Positions 54,096 through 64,000 of a DNA stretch of 64,000 bases are shown in pieces. Within the stretch, counting starts at the first letter, position 1, and each line of letters opens with the position of its first letter. Position numbers and translations under genes: made by a program. The notes under the pieces are model-generated. The model made no database searches and was not told the origin of the DNA. It saw only the letters and a list, made by a program, of their open reading frames with translations. Where the stretch lies: assembly GCA_963815095.1 (NCBI GenBank), contig CAWFFH010000003.1:1440001-1504000 (forward strand). The letters run 5' to 3'. The stretch comes from Candidatus Bathyarchaeota archaeon. GTDB lineage: Archaea > Thermoproteota > Bathyarchaeia > Bathyarchaeales > Bathycorpusculaceae.

Positions 54096-54911
54096 ATGAC
54101 GGGTTGCCAATCGATTCTTTTAGATTATCCGGTAAAAGTGGATCCTCGCTATGGGTATGGGAAACCACCTCATTCAAAACTCCACGAGATAATTAACAAA
54201 AATAGAATTGCATATAAAAGTACATTGGAAAGTTTTTTGACACTAAAAGAGTATTTCCTCAAAATTCCCACTGAAAGTGCGAAAAATTCGCATGAACCAT
54301 CATGGATAAATGACTATTTGCCTGGTTTGGATTCAGTGGCTCTTTATTCACTTCTTTATTTGAATAATCCGAAGAGATTTATAGAAATTGGCTCAGGGAA
54401 CTCAACGAAATTCGCAAGGAAAGCTATCCTTGACCATGGTTTACAAACGAAAATAACCTCAATTGATCCATGTCCTCGTGCCGAAATTGATTTAATTTGC
54501 GATACCGTAATTCGGCAACCTCTTGAGGAGGTAGATCTAAGTATTTTTGAACAACTTGACTTGGGTGATTTCCTTTACGTTGATTGTTCCCATCGTTGTT
54601 TTACTAATTCAGATGTAACAGTTGTTTTTTTGGATATTTTGCCCAGATTGAGAGCTGGAATATTTGTGGAATTTCATGACATTTCACTTCCCTACGATTA
54701 TTCTGCAAAATTTGCCGAACGATATTATTCTGAACAGTATTTACTTGCAGTTTATATTTTGGCTGAAAACAACAAGTTTAACATTATTATGCCTGATTCC
54801 TTCATAAGTGAAGATATAGAATTGAACAAAATATTAGATCCTCTTTGGAGTGAATCAAAAATGGTAAATGTTTCAAATTTTGGATGTTCTTTTTGGATTC
54901 AGATAAAATAG
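54096..54911 (+). CDS. Class I SAM-dependent methyltransferase (Methyltransf_24-like)
   Basis: IEIGSGNST, SIDP, YVDCSH, FHDI, YSEQYLL. Confidence 0.85.
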   Translation: MTGCQSILLDYPVKVDPRYGYGKPPHSKLHEIINKNRIAYKSTLESFLTLKEYFLKIPTESAKNSHEPSWINDYLPGLDSVALYSLLYLNNPKRFIEIGSGNSTKFARKAILDHGLQTKITSIDPCPRAEIDLICDTVIRQPLEEVDLSIFEQLDLGDFLYVDCSHRCFTNSDVTVVFLDILPRLRAGIFVEFHDISLPYDYSAKFAERYYSEQYLLAVYILAENNKFNIIMPDSFISEDIELNKILDPLWSESKMVNVSNFGCSFWIQIK

Positions 54912-54957
54912 CTGCAATAGGGAACATCAAAATTTTAACATTAATATTTGTGACATT

Positions 54958-55780
54958 ATTGTGGAAAATATTGCATTGAAACTGTTATGCGATTTCGGCT
55001 TAGGCTACTTCGGATTTCATTATTTATTCGTGTATTACCTCTTCCTTTGCTGGCGTGTCCGTAACGGGGTATTTTCCATTTTTCTATGTTTCCCCGATAA
55101 TCTGGGGATTGCTAGTGAGAATATAGAAAGGCATTTTGGTTTGTGAAGAGTAAAGTTCAGTAATAAAGTTAAGGAGCTTTTTGCCAACGCCGATTCCTTG
55201 GTAGTCCGGTAGTACAACTAAGCGGCTGACTCGATAGTATTTTGCTTTCATCCTAATACATGCGACAGCTGTGAAGGCAATTGGTTTGTCTTGGTAGACA
55301 GCGGTGTAGCATCTTACTCCTGCGCCTAAGTAGCCGTTTAGATAAGTGATAGCTCCGAAACATCTTCCATAAGTTATTGCCGCACCGATGAATTTTGAGG
55401 TCAATGGCGGTCGGCTTCTTTTTTCGGCTAAACTCCATTGTGTCAGTACAGAATACCCAGTCAGGATCTAACCAATCAACCACGTCATAGTGCAGGTGAC
55501 AGCGATAAACTTCTTGGGACTTCTGCGAGCTGCCTTGCTGATTGCAAAGGCGCTAACTTTCGCAATCTCCCTATCAACAACTGAGGTAAACTCATTGAAA
55601 ACGACCAATGGCTTATCCAAACAAAGTGCTCGGGCGATGTCAACACCCATCTTTTCTCCTTGACTGAGGCAATCATACGCCTTAAGCCAATCCGGTGGAC
55701 TCGCAAAACCTACGCTGCAAAGCAGCTTGGTAATTTCTCCTGTTTCAAGTTCTTGGGGAAAATCATCTAAACGTATTTGC
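54958..55780 (-). pseudogene. Frameshifted ABC-ATPase + GNAT acetyltransferase (mobile-element type)
   Basis: LSQGEKM, VVFNEFTSVVDR, IAVTC, DWLDPDW, RVSRLVVLPDYQGIGVG spread across three frames. Confidence 0.75.
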
Positions 55781-56262
55781 TTTGATATTCAAACTCTCGA
55801 ACGTAGGCTTCTGGGAAAAGATGCTTGGCGATACTTGTTTTGCCTTGTCGATGTTTCCCTCGGAGTGAATTTTTTGTGGGAGAGGCTTAAAACTCCGTCT
55901 AAAACGCTAAACAACGTATTTCTGCGGTCTTTTGGAGATCGGTTTGATGACGGTTTCTTTTCGGTTTTAGCTTCAACTTCACCCAAGCTTAACTATGCCT
56001 TCCTAAGTTTGTCTCCAACACCACTGGAGGAAAGACAACCATTAAGCCGCTTAGAGAGTAAGCTGCCTAAGACAACATAAAACGAGACAACAAAATAGTT
56101 CTATAGAGGTATTCAGATAAAAGATTTGTGCAGTAGTTATGGAAGAAGAGGTTTTCTGAGGATTCTGAATCAAACTAAGGAAGGAAAGCTAATCTTTCCT
56201 CTAACCAGTTTGCCATATAGTTCTTAAGGTAGACTTATTTGATGAGAAAAAGCATTGTGTTT

Positions 56263-56472
56263 TTAATGATATTCGTGCGACTTCTGATCAGAAACAGGTT
56301 CGTGCCCTTGGTTTTTGCTTCTCGCTTTTCCAGCAGTTGATCGGGCCTTGTTTTCGGCTTTATCCATTTTGCCTTTATGTCGCTCTCTTTCACTCATGGC
56401 AGTTTGGTTTGCTTTTTCAACAATCTTGCTCCCTACTTGATTGCCTTTATCTTTCTTGTTTTGGTTACTCAT
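56263..56472 (-). CDS. Small hydrophilic (hydrophilin-like) protein
   Basis: 69 aa, K/E/N/Q-rich, almost no hydrophobic residues. Confidence 0.55.
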   Translation of the reverse strand: MSNQNKKDKGNQVGSKIVEKANQTAMSERERHKGKMDKAENKARSTAGKARSKNQGHEPVSDQKSHEYH

Positions 56473-56809
56473 AAAATCCCTAAAAACTTGCTCACACCGA
56501 GTTTAATAAATACATGTTTTTGCTAATCTGTTGAACTTTCGGAGTGAGAATAATGGACAGTTTTTATATTTCTAATTTCTGGGAAAAAACTATTTCGCAG
56601 TGGAGTTCGATATTTTTGCTTCTTTGATCAATGAAACATTTACTAAATCTTAAATTATTTCCAACTTTTTCTTTCTTTTTTTAATAGAAACTCAGCTTTT
56701 CCTAGATAAAAGTGTCTTTGAAGAGAGGTTGGCTTCTTTTTTTTACGCACAATGCACCCTGTCAGCCAACCTCTGGGTCTCTCTTTGAGTCTTTATGTTA
56801 GAATTCGGT

Positions 56810-56845
56810 TGTAGCTGTAGTTATACAGTCACAAATCGTTAAGTG
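56810..56845 (+). promoter_or_regulatory. TGTrnnTG-N8-CArTCACA element + TATA-like box
   Basis: TGTAGCTG-TAGTTATA-CAGTCACA-aatc-GTTAAGTG. Confidence 0.65.
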
Positions 56846-56864
56846 GCTCTGGTCATTGGATTAA

Positions 56865-57110
56865 GTGGTGAATAAACAAATGAGGTTTTTGAATTATAAA
56901 GGTAGTTTAGCTGGTTGGTTTTCGTATGCTATTATAGTAATAGTATCACGCGCATGCTATGAGTCAGTTATGCAAGTGGTGAATAACCAGATGAATATTT
57001 GGCATAATAAAAAAGGTGCTTTAGCTGGGTGGCTCTTGTATGCTATTATAGTGGTAGTATTAATAATAATTCTAATTCTTGCTCTGAGATTTCTTTTTGG
57101 CTTAATATAA
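56865..57110 (+). CDS. Small membrane protein with in-frame tandem duplication (second unit 56991-57110, 39 aa)
   Basis: KGSLAGWFSYAIIVIV / KGALAGWLLYAIIVVV; DNA repeat period 111 bp, each unit with GGTGA SD. Confidence 0.6.
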   Translation: MVNKQMRFLNYKGSLAGWFSYAIIVIVSRACYESVMQVVNNQMNIWHNKKGALAGWLLYAIIVVVLIIILILALRFLFGLI

Positions 57111-57697
57111 GGCAAACTTAAAAGCAGGAAGAAAGAGCAAGGACTTTTTTACTATTCTCCTATCTTAATAGTTGGTTTGCGCGGTTAATTCGCCCAGCGC
57201 GCACTTCCTTTTTTTTACCTATTATATTGTTATTTTTTTCGGTAAATCTGGCTTCTTCTTCATCTAACTGTTGGACAAAACGCCCAATTTGATTTCGTTA
57301 GACAAAAATGTCCAATATTTAATGTCTATTGGCTAAATCAACTCATTTTTAAAGTCAAACCTTAAACAAAGCCTTCGACCAACTACAAGTAAGGTGTTAC
57401 AATAACTTGGATAAAAAAGAACGCATAGAAAATGTTTGGTTGCTTTTTTGGGGAGTAGCTATAGCATTTTTATTACAAATAATTTATGATGTGCTTTAGA
57501 CTTTTTAGGCAAAACGCGCAGCCAATCTGCTTAGTTTCGCAGGCTACACAACCCAATCGGTCTCTGAAACAATCTCGGGACAAAACCAAAAGAGTATCTT
57601 GGGGTATTAAATGGAAAAAAAATAGTGATTGAAAGTTGTTTTTTTCTGAATTATAAAAGGACTTGTTAGCAAGACTAACATCTGAAAATGATAGTCT

Positions 57698-57733
57698 TGT
57701 AATTGTGCCTACACAGTCACAGAGGTATATATC
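57698..57733 (+). promoter_or_regulatory. TGTrnnTG-N8-CArTCACA element + TATA box
   Basis: TGTAATTG-TGCCTACA-CAGTCACA-gagg-TATATATC. Confidence 0.7.
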
Positions 57734-57773
57734 TCAGCATGATATGTTTGAGTCGATTGAGGAGATATTGGGT

Positions 57774-57986
57774 ATGAGGAGAAAGTTAAAAGGTCGATGT
57801 CCGTGCGGTTACAGTTTTGAAATCTTAGGCGATATATGTGAAGCCATATCTGTAGTACGGAGACATGTAGATAGTTTTCACAAAGATTTTCTCCCATTTG
57901 GAATAACAAATGATGAGGCACTAGAACTTCTAAATCAAGATAAACCGAAAATCTCCGCAAATACAAGGCTTCTTCAGTGCATATAA
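57774..57986 (+). CDS. Small metal-binding protein (CxCG...H...H, DUF1059-like)
   Basis: GAGGAG SD before ATG 57774; CPCGYSF...RRHVDSFH. Confidence 0.7.
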   Translation: MRRKLKGRCPCGYSFEILGDICEAISVVRRHVDSFHKDFLPFGITNDEALELLNQDKPKISANTRLLQCI

Positions 57987-57996
57987 AAGTCTCTTA

Positions 57997-58830
57997 CTAC
58001 GTTTTCATTAAGAATTTGTTCTCACCTAAGTTTTGAATAAAGCTCCAGCCTTCGTCTAAGTGTTTAACGAGTTCGCCATCGCCTTTTACCATGCTGTACT
58101 TTGCCTTGGCACTTTTCTTTGAGCTTGATTGCGAGTCTGTTCTTTGTCTTCGTTTAAATCCTAAATTCTGTATATCTTCATCAAAAACTTGTCCTGGTCG
58201 ATGTATTCAACTAGACTATAACCGTCATCAAGTTTCTTCAGAAGCTTAGCCTCGCCTTTAACAATAATGTGCAGGATGTTTCTTTGGATTTCCCTAAATC
58301 ATAGGGCTTTCCGCATTGTCTTTTAGCTTGCGAAATTCATCTATAGCCTCATCCGGATCTTTCGCTCTCTGAAGTGCGTCTTCAAGTTTCTTAAGTTGGT
58401 CTGACCTAAAACCACTGACTTTTGCTAAATCTAACAGCATTTGGCTTCTAAGCTTCTTTTCGTCAATCACATGCGAGCTTTCATGCAAGAACTCAAGGTC
58501 TGCAAACGCTAATCTATACTTAGCTCTCAACTGTTCAATCAGTGGTTTCGAATATGGAGCTTCTTCACCTCTAACTTTTCGTCCTTTAATTTTCTTAATC
58601 CAGTTGTTAGGACATCCAGCGTTCTCTAGTGCCGTTTGAACTATTCGTCTACCGTCGTGAATAGTAAATCGACACCGGATCTCTTTTCAAGCATAGTTGA
58701 TTTCCTTGCAATAAGTTTGTAACTTAAAGGTTCACCGATGGTGCGTTTGATTGAAAGAATAACATTATTTTCGTTTTTCCATTTGTGATTAAAAGTCTTT
58801 TCCATCCAATCTCTATATTCGATTATTACG
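57997..58830 (-). pseudogene. Tyrosine recombinase/integrase remnant
   Basis: RFTIHDGRR (HxxR) ...IKGRK...APYSKP (catalytic Tyr region); frameshift near 58672; N-terminus missing; broken C-terminal tail (LDEGWSFIQNL). Confidence 0.8.
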
Positions 58831-59101
58831 TAGACATTTTGAGAAGATACATCATAGCAAAATGTCCAACATAAAAATGATTTTATAATGAGTGTGGTTT
58901 GTTTTCTTTGGCTGTTTTTTATATAAATTGTTTATAAATTTTGTTTTTACGTTGATTTGGTTTTGTTTGGGGTTTTAGTTTTTGAATAGGTTTTTTATCA
59001 GGTAGGTTTGCGTTTTTTGCATTAAATAATATTGGGTGTGTGCCCATTTGTTAGCAACATTTATGTGGGTAGAATTGTATTGTATTTGTGGGTGCAAATT
59101 A

Positions 59102-59323
59102 GTGGGAAAAGCTAAAATGGATGAACGTGGCAGGATCTTGATTCCGCTTGACGAACGTGAGAGGCTCGGTTTGAAGTGTGGTGCCGAATTTGACTTAGTT
59201 TGCGAGGGCGGCGTCTTGGTTTTGAAGCCTATACTTGTCGAGCCATTACGGGTTGACGGCAGCCATCGTAAATGGGGCAAAGAAGCGTTCTTGGATTCTG
59301 GAGAGGCAACCTTTGGCGAGTAG
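59102..59323 (+). CDS. AbrB/MazE-family antitoxin
   Basis: KMDERGRILIP...RLGLKCG...LVLKP. Confidence 0.88.
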   Translation: MGKAKMDERGRILIPLDERERLGLKCGAEFDLVCEGGVLVLKPILVEPLRVDGSHRKWGKEAFLDSGEATFGE

Positions 59324-59798
59324 TAATGATTCGGTGGAGAAACGGGTTTTTGATCTTAACATTTTAGCGGTCTTTTTAGTGAAGGGGCATCCTGGTTTTG
59401 AGTGTGTTTCGCCAGTTGTAGAAGAAGGTTTAAGAGGATCATACATTCCGTTGATCATGGATTTTTTGCCCATGCGGGCTTATTGGATAATGACTCAGCG
59501 ATGGGGTCTTCCGCAAAAGGACTGCGCAGCTTCAATTGAATATTTCTTAAAGAAATATCAAATGCCACGGTATCCAAGTTTGAATCGAGAAACAATTCTG
59601 GAAGGTTTTCACTTGGCTGAAGATTTGAAACACGACGTTTTCGACTGCATGTACCTTGCGGTTGCTTTTCAGGAGAAAGCCGTCGGGGTAGTTACTACGG
59701 ATACTGATTTTGAGAAACTTTGCAATCATGTGGGCTTAAAATATTTTAACCCTGTGCCGAGAGAAGTTCTCAAACGATTCAAAGAACAAAACAAGTGA
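59313..59798 (+). CDS. vapC: PIN-domain (VapC) toxin
   Basis: FDLNIL, VFDCMYLA, TTDTDF; overlaps antitoxin stop. Confidence 0.88.
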   Translation: MASSNDSVEKRVFDLNILAVFLVKGHPGFECVSPVVEEGLRGSYIPLIMDFLPMRAYWIMTQRWGLPQKDCAASIEYFLKKYQMPRYPSLNRETILEGFHLAEDLKHDVFDCMYLAVAFQEKAVGVVTTDTDFEKLCNHVGLKYFNPVPREVLKRFKEQNK

Positions 59799-60096
59799 AC
59801 AATCTTTAGGAATCGTTGTTAAAAAACCTTTATTTTTTCAGAAAAGAATAGCAAAAGTAACTAACAAAAAAGCTTCTCCAAAAAATGAAGCGTCCTCATA
59901 TTTTTTAAAAACCCTAACTCGTCAAAACACTGCTCATAAATGAGGCACTTCTGACTTGGATTTTTGCGTAGTTGATTAATTTAGTGTTTTGTTTTCTTTA
60001 TGGTTGGATGAATTTTTGGAAGAGCTAAACTTTTCTTGTAATTTTGGTGTTATTAAGGCAGCGAATTGTTTATTAGGTGATTTATCTATTTATTGG

Positions 60097-60117
60097 ATTA
60101 TCCTAAAAGTGGATAAT
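60097..60117. promoter_or_regulatory. Palindromic operator-like site upstream of ATPase gene
   Basis: ATTATCC-N7-GGATAAT. Confidence 0.5.
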
Positions 60118-60140
60118 AATTTAGTTTGGAGGTTTGCTGC

Positions 60141-61499
60141 TTGAAGTTTTACGACAGGAAAAAAGAACTTGAAACATTAGAGAAGGCGCATTTGAGGTCA
60201 GGCGCCGACTTAATTGTTGTCAGCGGCAGAAGACGAATAGGAAAAAGTCGCCTCATTGATGAATTTGCCAAAGATAAGAAAGCAATAAGCTTGCTTATAG
60301 TGCCAAAGGAAGAGAAACAGGTTGCCAAGGACTTGGAAGCGGAGATTCGACTTAAATTGGGGTATTCTCCACCTTTTGATTCTTTAAAGAACGCCTTGGA
60401 GTACCTTTTTGAGCAAGATGTTGGTCTTGTTTGTCTCGATGAGTTTTCCAATTTGCTTGTTGTAAACAATGCTATTCCTTATGAGTTGCAGAGGCTATGG
60501 GATGGTTATAAAGACTCGAAAAACATTATGCTCATTGTTTCTGGCTCTTATGCGGGAATGATGAATCGTCTTTTTGCTGCTAAAAAAGCGCCTCTTTTTA
60601 ATCGTGCTTCAAACACGATAAATCTGCAGGCACTTTCGTTTAAGACAATGGTTGAAGTTTTAACTGATTTTGGAGTATTATTGCCTATTCAGCAGGTGAG
60701 TTTTTACTGCGTTTTCGGAGGGGTTCCTTTTTACTATGTCCTTGTAGAAAAACTTGAGAACCGTTCTTTCGAAAATGCCTTAAATTCTCTGTTCTTTGAC
60801 GTTGGAGCGCAGCTTAAGGAAGAAGGCGAAAACATTCTAAGACAGGAATTCGGAAACGCATATGCAAAATATTATGCCATTCTGGAGGCAATTAGCGCTG
60901 GCTATGTTTCTATGAATGAAATATCACTGAAGGTGGGAATCCGTTCAACCACTTTGTCCAAGTATTTGAAGTCTCTTCAGCATGATTTCAAAATTGTGGA
61001 GCGGTTTGTGCCTTTTGGAGAAAAACCTGCAAGAAGCAAGAAAGGACTGTATGTTATTCAAGATAATACGCTTGCGTTCTGGTTTTCAGAGGTTTATGGA
61101 AAACCGTCTGTGCCGAGCAAGGAGCAACTTAGTGTGTTCATAGGTAAGCGTTTTGAGATTTTATGTCGGGAGTTTTTAACTACGTACTTGGTTGGAAAAG
61201 GCGAGAGGTTGCTTGGGGCGGGTAAATGGTGGGGGTCTTTGAAAGTCGGAGGCAAGTTTGAGCAGCGGGAAATTGATGTTTTAGTAGAAACTGACAAGGC
61301 CATTTACTGTGGCGAGTGCAAATGGACTGAACAGAAAATAGGAGAGCGTGAACTGAACTGGTTGAAAGCGTCCGCCAATGCCTTTGTAGGGACTAAAAAA
61401 CCTGTTAAGTTTGTTCTTTTCTCCAAAAGAGGCTTTGAAATTTCCGATGATAGGGAAGCCCTTATGTTTGATGCGGAGCGTTTATGCAAGAATACATAA
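60141..61499 (+). CDS. Archaeal AAA ATPase with wHTH and DUF234 PD-(D/E)xK domain
   Basis: FYDRKKEL, GRRRIGKS, LDEF, GGVPFY, EIDV...GECKW. Confidence 0.9.
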   Translation: MKFYDRKKELETLEKAHLRSGADLIVVSGRRRIGKSRLIDEFAKDKKAISLLIVPKEEKQVAKDLEAEIRLKLGYSPPFDSLKNALEYLFEQDVGLVCLDEFSNLLVVNNAIPYELQRLWDGYKDSKNIMLIVSGSYAGMMNRLFAAKKAPLFNRASNTINLQALSFKTMVEVLTDFGVLLPIQQVSFYCVFGGVPFYYVLVEKLENRSFENALNSLFFDVGAQLKEEGENILRQEFGNAYAKYYAILEAISAGYVSMNEISLKVGIRSTTLSKYLKSLQHDFKIVERFVPFGEKPARSKKGLYVIQDNTLAFWFSEVYGKPSVPSKEQLSVFIGKRFEILCREFLTTYLVGKGERLLGAGKWWGSLKVGGKFEQREIDVLVETDKAIYCGECKWTEQKIGERELNWLKASANAFVGTKKPVKFVLFSKRGFEISDDREALMFDAERLCKNT

Positions 61500-61661
61500 C
61501 TGATCTGCGGAAATGCTGAAGATTTAGCGATCCAATGCCGGATAAATATGGTTTTAACGCGGCCACAAGGTTTGGGTTAGGCATACTAAATAGCACTGTA
61601 GCAACAAAATGACGCCCCAAAACATCTCCAAAAAATACCGTTAAACAGGTTTTGCAATCCT

Positions 61662-61918
61662 TCAAAGAAGTTTGCTAAATTCATCAACTGAAAGGTCAAC
61701 TTCTCTGATAATTGTGCGTAACATTCCCTTCCCTAAAGGTTTGTGTGCAGGGATAACCACCATGACTTTGTTTTTCCTGCAACCGAATAAAGAGTGTATT
61801 TCTCTTTATCGGCAAGCCGCATAACTATGTGGCTGCCTTTCTGCTTGATAACAACGTAACCGACACATACAAGAGCTTTAACCACTTTGTCATAGTTGAC
61901 AGCTGTTAGTCTAGACGC
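61662..61918 (-). pseudogene. hicA: HicA toxin, frameshifted and lacking a canonical start at the expected position
   Basis: VVKAL...QKGSHIVM in one frame; VVIPAHKPLGKGMLRTIIRE in the -1 frame. Confidence 0.75.
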
Positions 61919-62123
61919 TTACTTGCACCGTTTCAATAGGGACCGGATCGCCGTGTTCCTTTAGCGCTTCAAGATATGCCTGTATTGCTTCCTTGACGTT
62001 TTTCATTAGCTCCTGCCTTGTTTTTCCTTCAGTGGCGCAACCAGGCAGGTCAGGAACCTTAGCAACGAGGACGCCATCTTCGTCCTTTTCTATTATCACT
62101 CGATATTTTAGCATAGTTTGCAT
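61911..62123 (-). CDS. hicB: HicB antitoxin
   Basis: YRVIIEKDEDG...VPDLPGCATEGKT...NVKEAI. Confidence 0.92.
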   Translation of the reverse strand: MQTMLKYRVIIEKDEDGVLVAKVPDLPGCATEGKTRQELMKNVKEAIQAYLEALKEHGDPVPIETVQVSV

Positions 62124-62355
62124 GTAGAGTTGGAAATTCTTAAGCTTTCTCTTTTGTTTTAATTGGACTGCCTTAACAAAAGAATCCGTTTGGTGCTAAA
62201 GTGCCACAAGATTTGACGGATTTTGAGAAGCAACGCAATAGCAAAATGCCTACATAAAAACCAACCTCTAAAATAAGGCAGTCTCATCTTTTTTAAAAAC
62301 CCCAACGCCCGAACGCTGTTCATAACAAATCGAAATGGTAAATTATAGGATTTAG

Positions 62356-62574
62356 CTATGTGTGTTTCCTGATTTTTGTTTGTTTTTTCGGGGTTTTGAT
62401 TTCTGCTTCGATTTGTTCTATGGTGAGTGTTTCTGTTGCATTTCTTAGCTCAACAACGGAATCGCCATAGCACATTCTGATTTCACTTATAAATTCTATG
62501 GCTCTTTTTGTTCCGAGTTCTTTGGCTAAAGCTTCAAAAGGCACCTCGACGGTGGCTATGTGCGAGGTTGTCAT
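62356..62574 (-). CDS. Putative antitoxin downstream of PIN gene
   Basis: FEALAKELG..RAIEFI....YGDSV pattern; adjacent to PIN toxin. Confidence 0.6.
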   Translation of the reverse strand: MTTSHIATVEVPFEALAKELGTKRAIEFISEIRMCYGDSVVELRNATETLTIEQIEAEIKTPKKQTKIRKHT

Positions 62575-62582
62575 TTTTTATT

Positions 62583-63062
62583 TCACTCTCCATTTTCCTG
62601 CATGTAATCTAGTGAATTCCTAACTTTTAACTTATACCCTTTCTTTGCAGCGAGTGTTTCGATGCAGTTGGTGTTTTCTAAAATTTCGTCGTCGCATGTT
62701 AGCAGGAAACTCGCTTTGCCTATGCAAGCTGCTGCCAAGTGCAAAGCGTCTAAAGAATTGAGTTTGCATTTAACCATGATTTCCTTGGCTATTATAATCA
62801 ATATTTTGCTGCTTGCTACGTTTGTTTTGCCCAGGATTCTCTCGAAGCCTTGGATGTTTTTTCTTTTTAAGGGGTCTTTGATTTGTTCAATTTCAAACTT
62901 CACGTAATCGGAGCTTACTATCCTTATTTTTCCTCTTTCAACTTTGTCTACGATTTGTAAGAATGCTTCGGATTCTTGGTGAATGCGGCTATTATTTTGG
63001 TCGTCCAATGTTCTGCAGTAAACGTTTGTGTCCAGATAAACTCGTTTAGTCGTTTTCATCAT
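62583..63062 (-). CDS. PIN-domain toxin
   Basis: YLDTNV, LDALHLAAA, LLTCDD. Confidence 0.88.
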   Translation of the reverse strand: MMKTTKRVYLDTNVYCRTLDDQNNSRIHQESEAFLQIVDKVERGKIRIVSSDYVKFEIEQIKDPLKRKNIQGFERILGKTNVASSKILIIIAKEIMVKCKLNSLDALHLAAACIGKASFLLTCDDEILENTNCIETLAAKKGYKLKVRNSLDYMQENGE

Positions 63063-63375
63063 TACTTGACCTGGAGTGTATCTGTTTTGCTGATGTTGTT
63101 TTTGTATTTTGCTATGTTCATAGTTATGATAATAGAGTTGTTTTCTTCTCTGTAATTTTTGTTCCCTAGTCTTTTGAGAAAGGCTTGATTATTCTTGGAA
63201 TTTTATGCGAACGGACGGAAATTCAGTCGTATTCGCAAATGCATTGTGGTGGAAGATTGCGGTCTTTTTTTTCCTAAATCATTTGTTCTTTTAAGCGAGA
63301 AAAGCCATCAGTATTAAGGTAGTTGATTGATTTGGTGTTTTGTTTTCTTCTATGTTGAGCAAAAATTTGGGAGAA

Positions 63376-63558
63376 CTACACATCTTCTTGTAATGTCAAG
63401 AATGTAAATACTTTATGATCCTTAGCAATTATTGCTGTAAACTCCTCCAGGCTGGAAGCGTTTTCTTCATATCTAATAGGCTCCTGATTGCCTTCTACTT
63501 TAACTAAAGCAAGAAACTTGTGTGTTTTGGGCTTAGCGCATTCATCTTCTTCTGTCAT
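63376..63558 (-). CDS. Small hypothetical protein
   Basis: 60 aa ORF with AAGGAAG upstream. Confidence 0.45.
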   Translation of the reverse strand: MTEEDECAKPKTHKFLALVKVEGNQEPIRYEENASSLEEFTAIIAKDHKVFTFLTLQEDV

Positions 63559-63814
63559 GACTCAACTTCCTTATGCTAATGCTAATGATACATAAAACAA
63601 CTATATGGGTTTTTGAATCAACAAGTTATAAATAATTATGAGTTCGTTAAGTGATTATTTGCGATTGTTTAGGGGAGGCTTAGGGTAAAGTTGAGGGGAG
63701 ACAGGAGGTTGCGTTTTTCCTGCTCTTTGCGTTTCAGTTTGGGACTGCTCAATTGTTTGGTTCCTTTTGTTTGTTTTAGTCTTCTCGAAAGGGAAGTTGT
63801 TGAGGATTAGCTAA

Positions 63815-64000
63815 ATGTTCGAGTCCACACAATCTGCTCGGATGCATGGTTTACTTTCCAAAAGTTTCCTATTTCCCTTTCTTGCATTTGTGGTTCCTCT
63901 TTTGTTTAGAGCTATTCCGGAGGTTTTGATGGGACCCTACGTTGTGGGGTTTGATACGATGGCTCATTATGTTCCTACAACTTTGTTGTGGTTTAGGGGG
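63815..64000 (+). CDS. 5' end of membrane protein, possibly GT-C glycosyltransferase-like (partial)
   Basis: FLAFVVPLLFRAIPEVLMGPYVVGFDTMAHY; open to window end. Confidence 0.55.
   Translation, partial: MFESTQSARMHGLLSKSFLFPFLAFVVPLLFRAIPEVLMGPYVVGFDTMAHYVPTTLLWFRG

Noticed and set aside
57407-57499. 30-aa hydrophobic ORF with AAGGTG upstream
   Set aside because: Too short to support; probably a truncated membrane gene remnant

Overview
Archaeal chromosome segment of TACK type, most consistent with Bathyarchaeia (inferred from the unsplit Rpo1 and gene content). Core genes include pepF, an intron-containing tRNA-Leu(CAA), the rpo2-rpo1-rpl30e-nusA operon, nucS, pdaD, cdc6-wHTH-moaCBA and an Lhr helicase. 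These are interleaved with accessory or decayed regions at about 12.8-20.4 kb and 48-64 kb. Those regions hold a cas1-solo fragment, a tRNA 3' fragment, an integrase pseudogene, an ABC-ATPase/GNAT pseudogene, a type I R-M scar and a toxin-antitoxin cluster. The strongest leads are: (1) a short, apparently hinge-less SMC5/6-like ATPase + kleisin + KITE/MAGE-like operon; (2) related 11-6-11 dif/Xer-like sites that bracket an 8.1 kb segment containing that operon; (3) a palindromic TGTrnnTG-N8-CArTCACA element exactly 4 nt upstream of a TATA-like box in four promoters; (4) two candidate structured ncRNAs; (5) several genes, including nusA, that appear to use non-canonical start codons; (6) a three-member family of small paralogous proteins. 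All family assignments come from motif recognition by eye; no searches were run.
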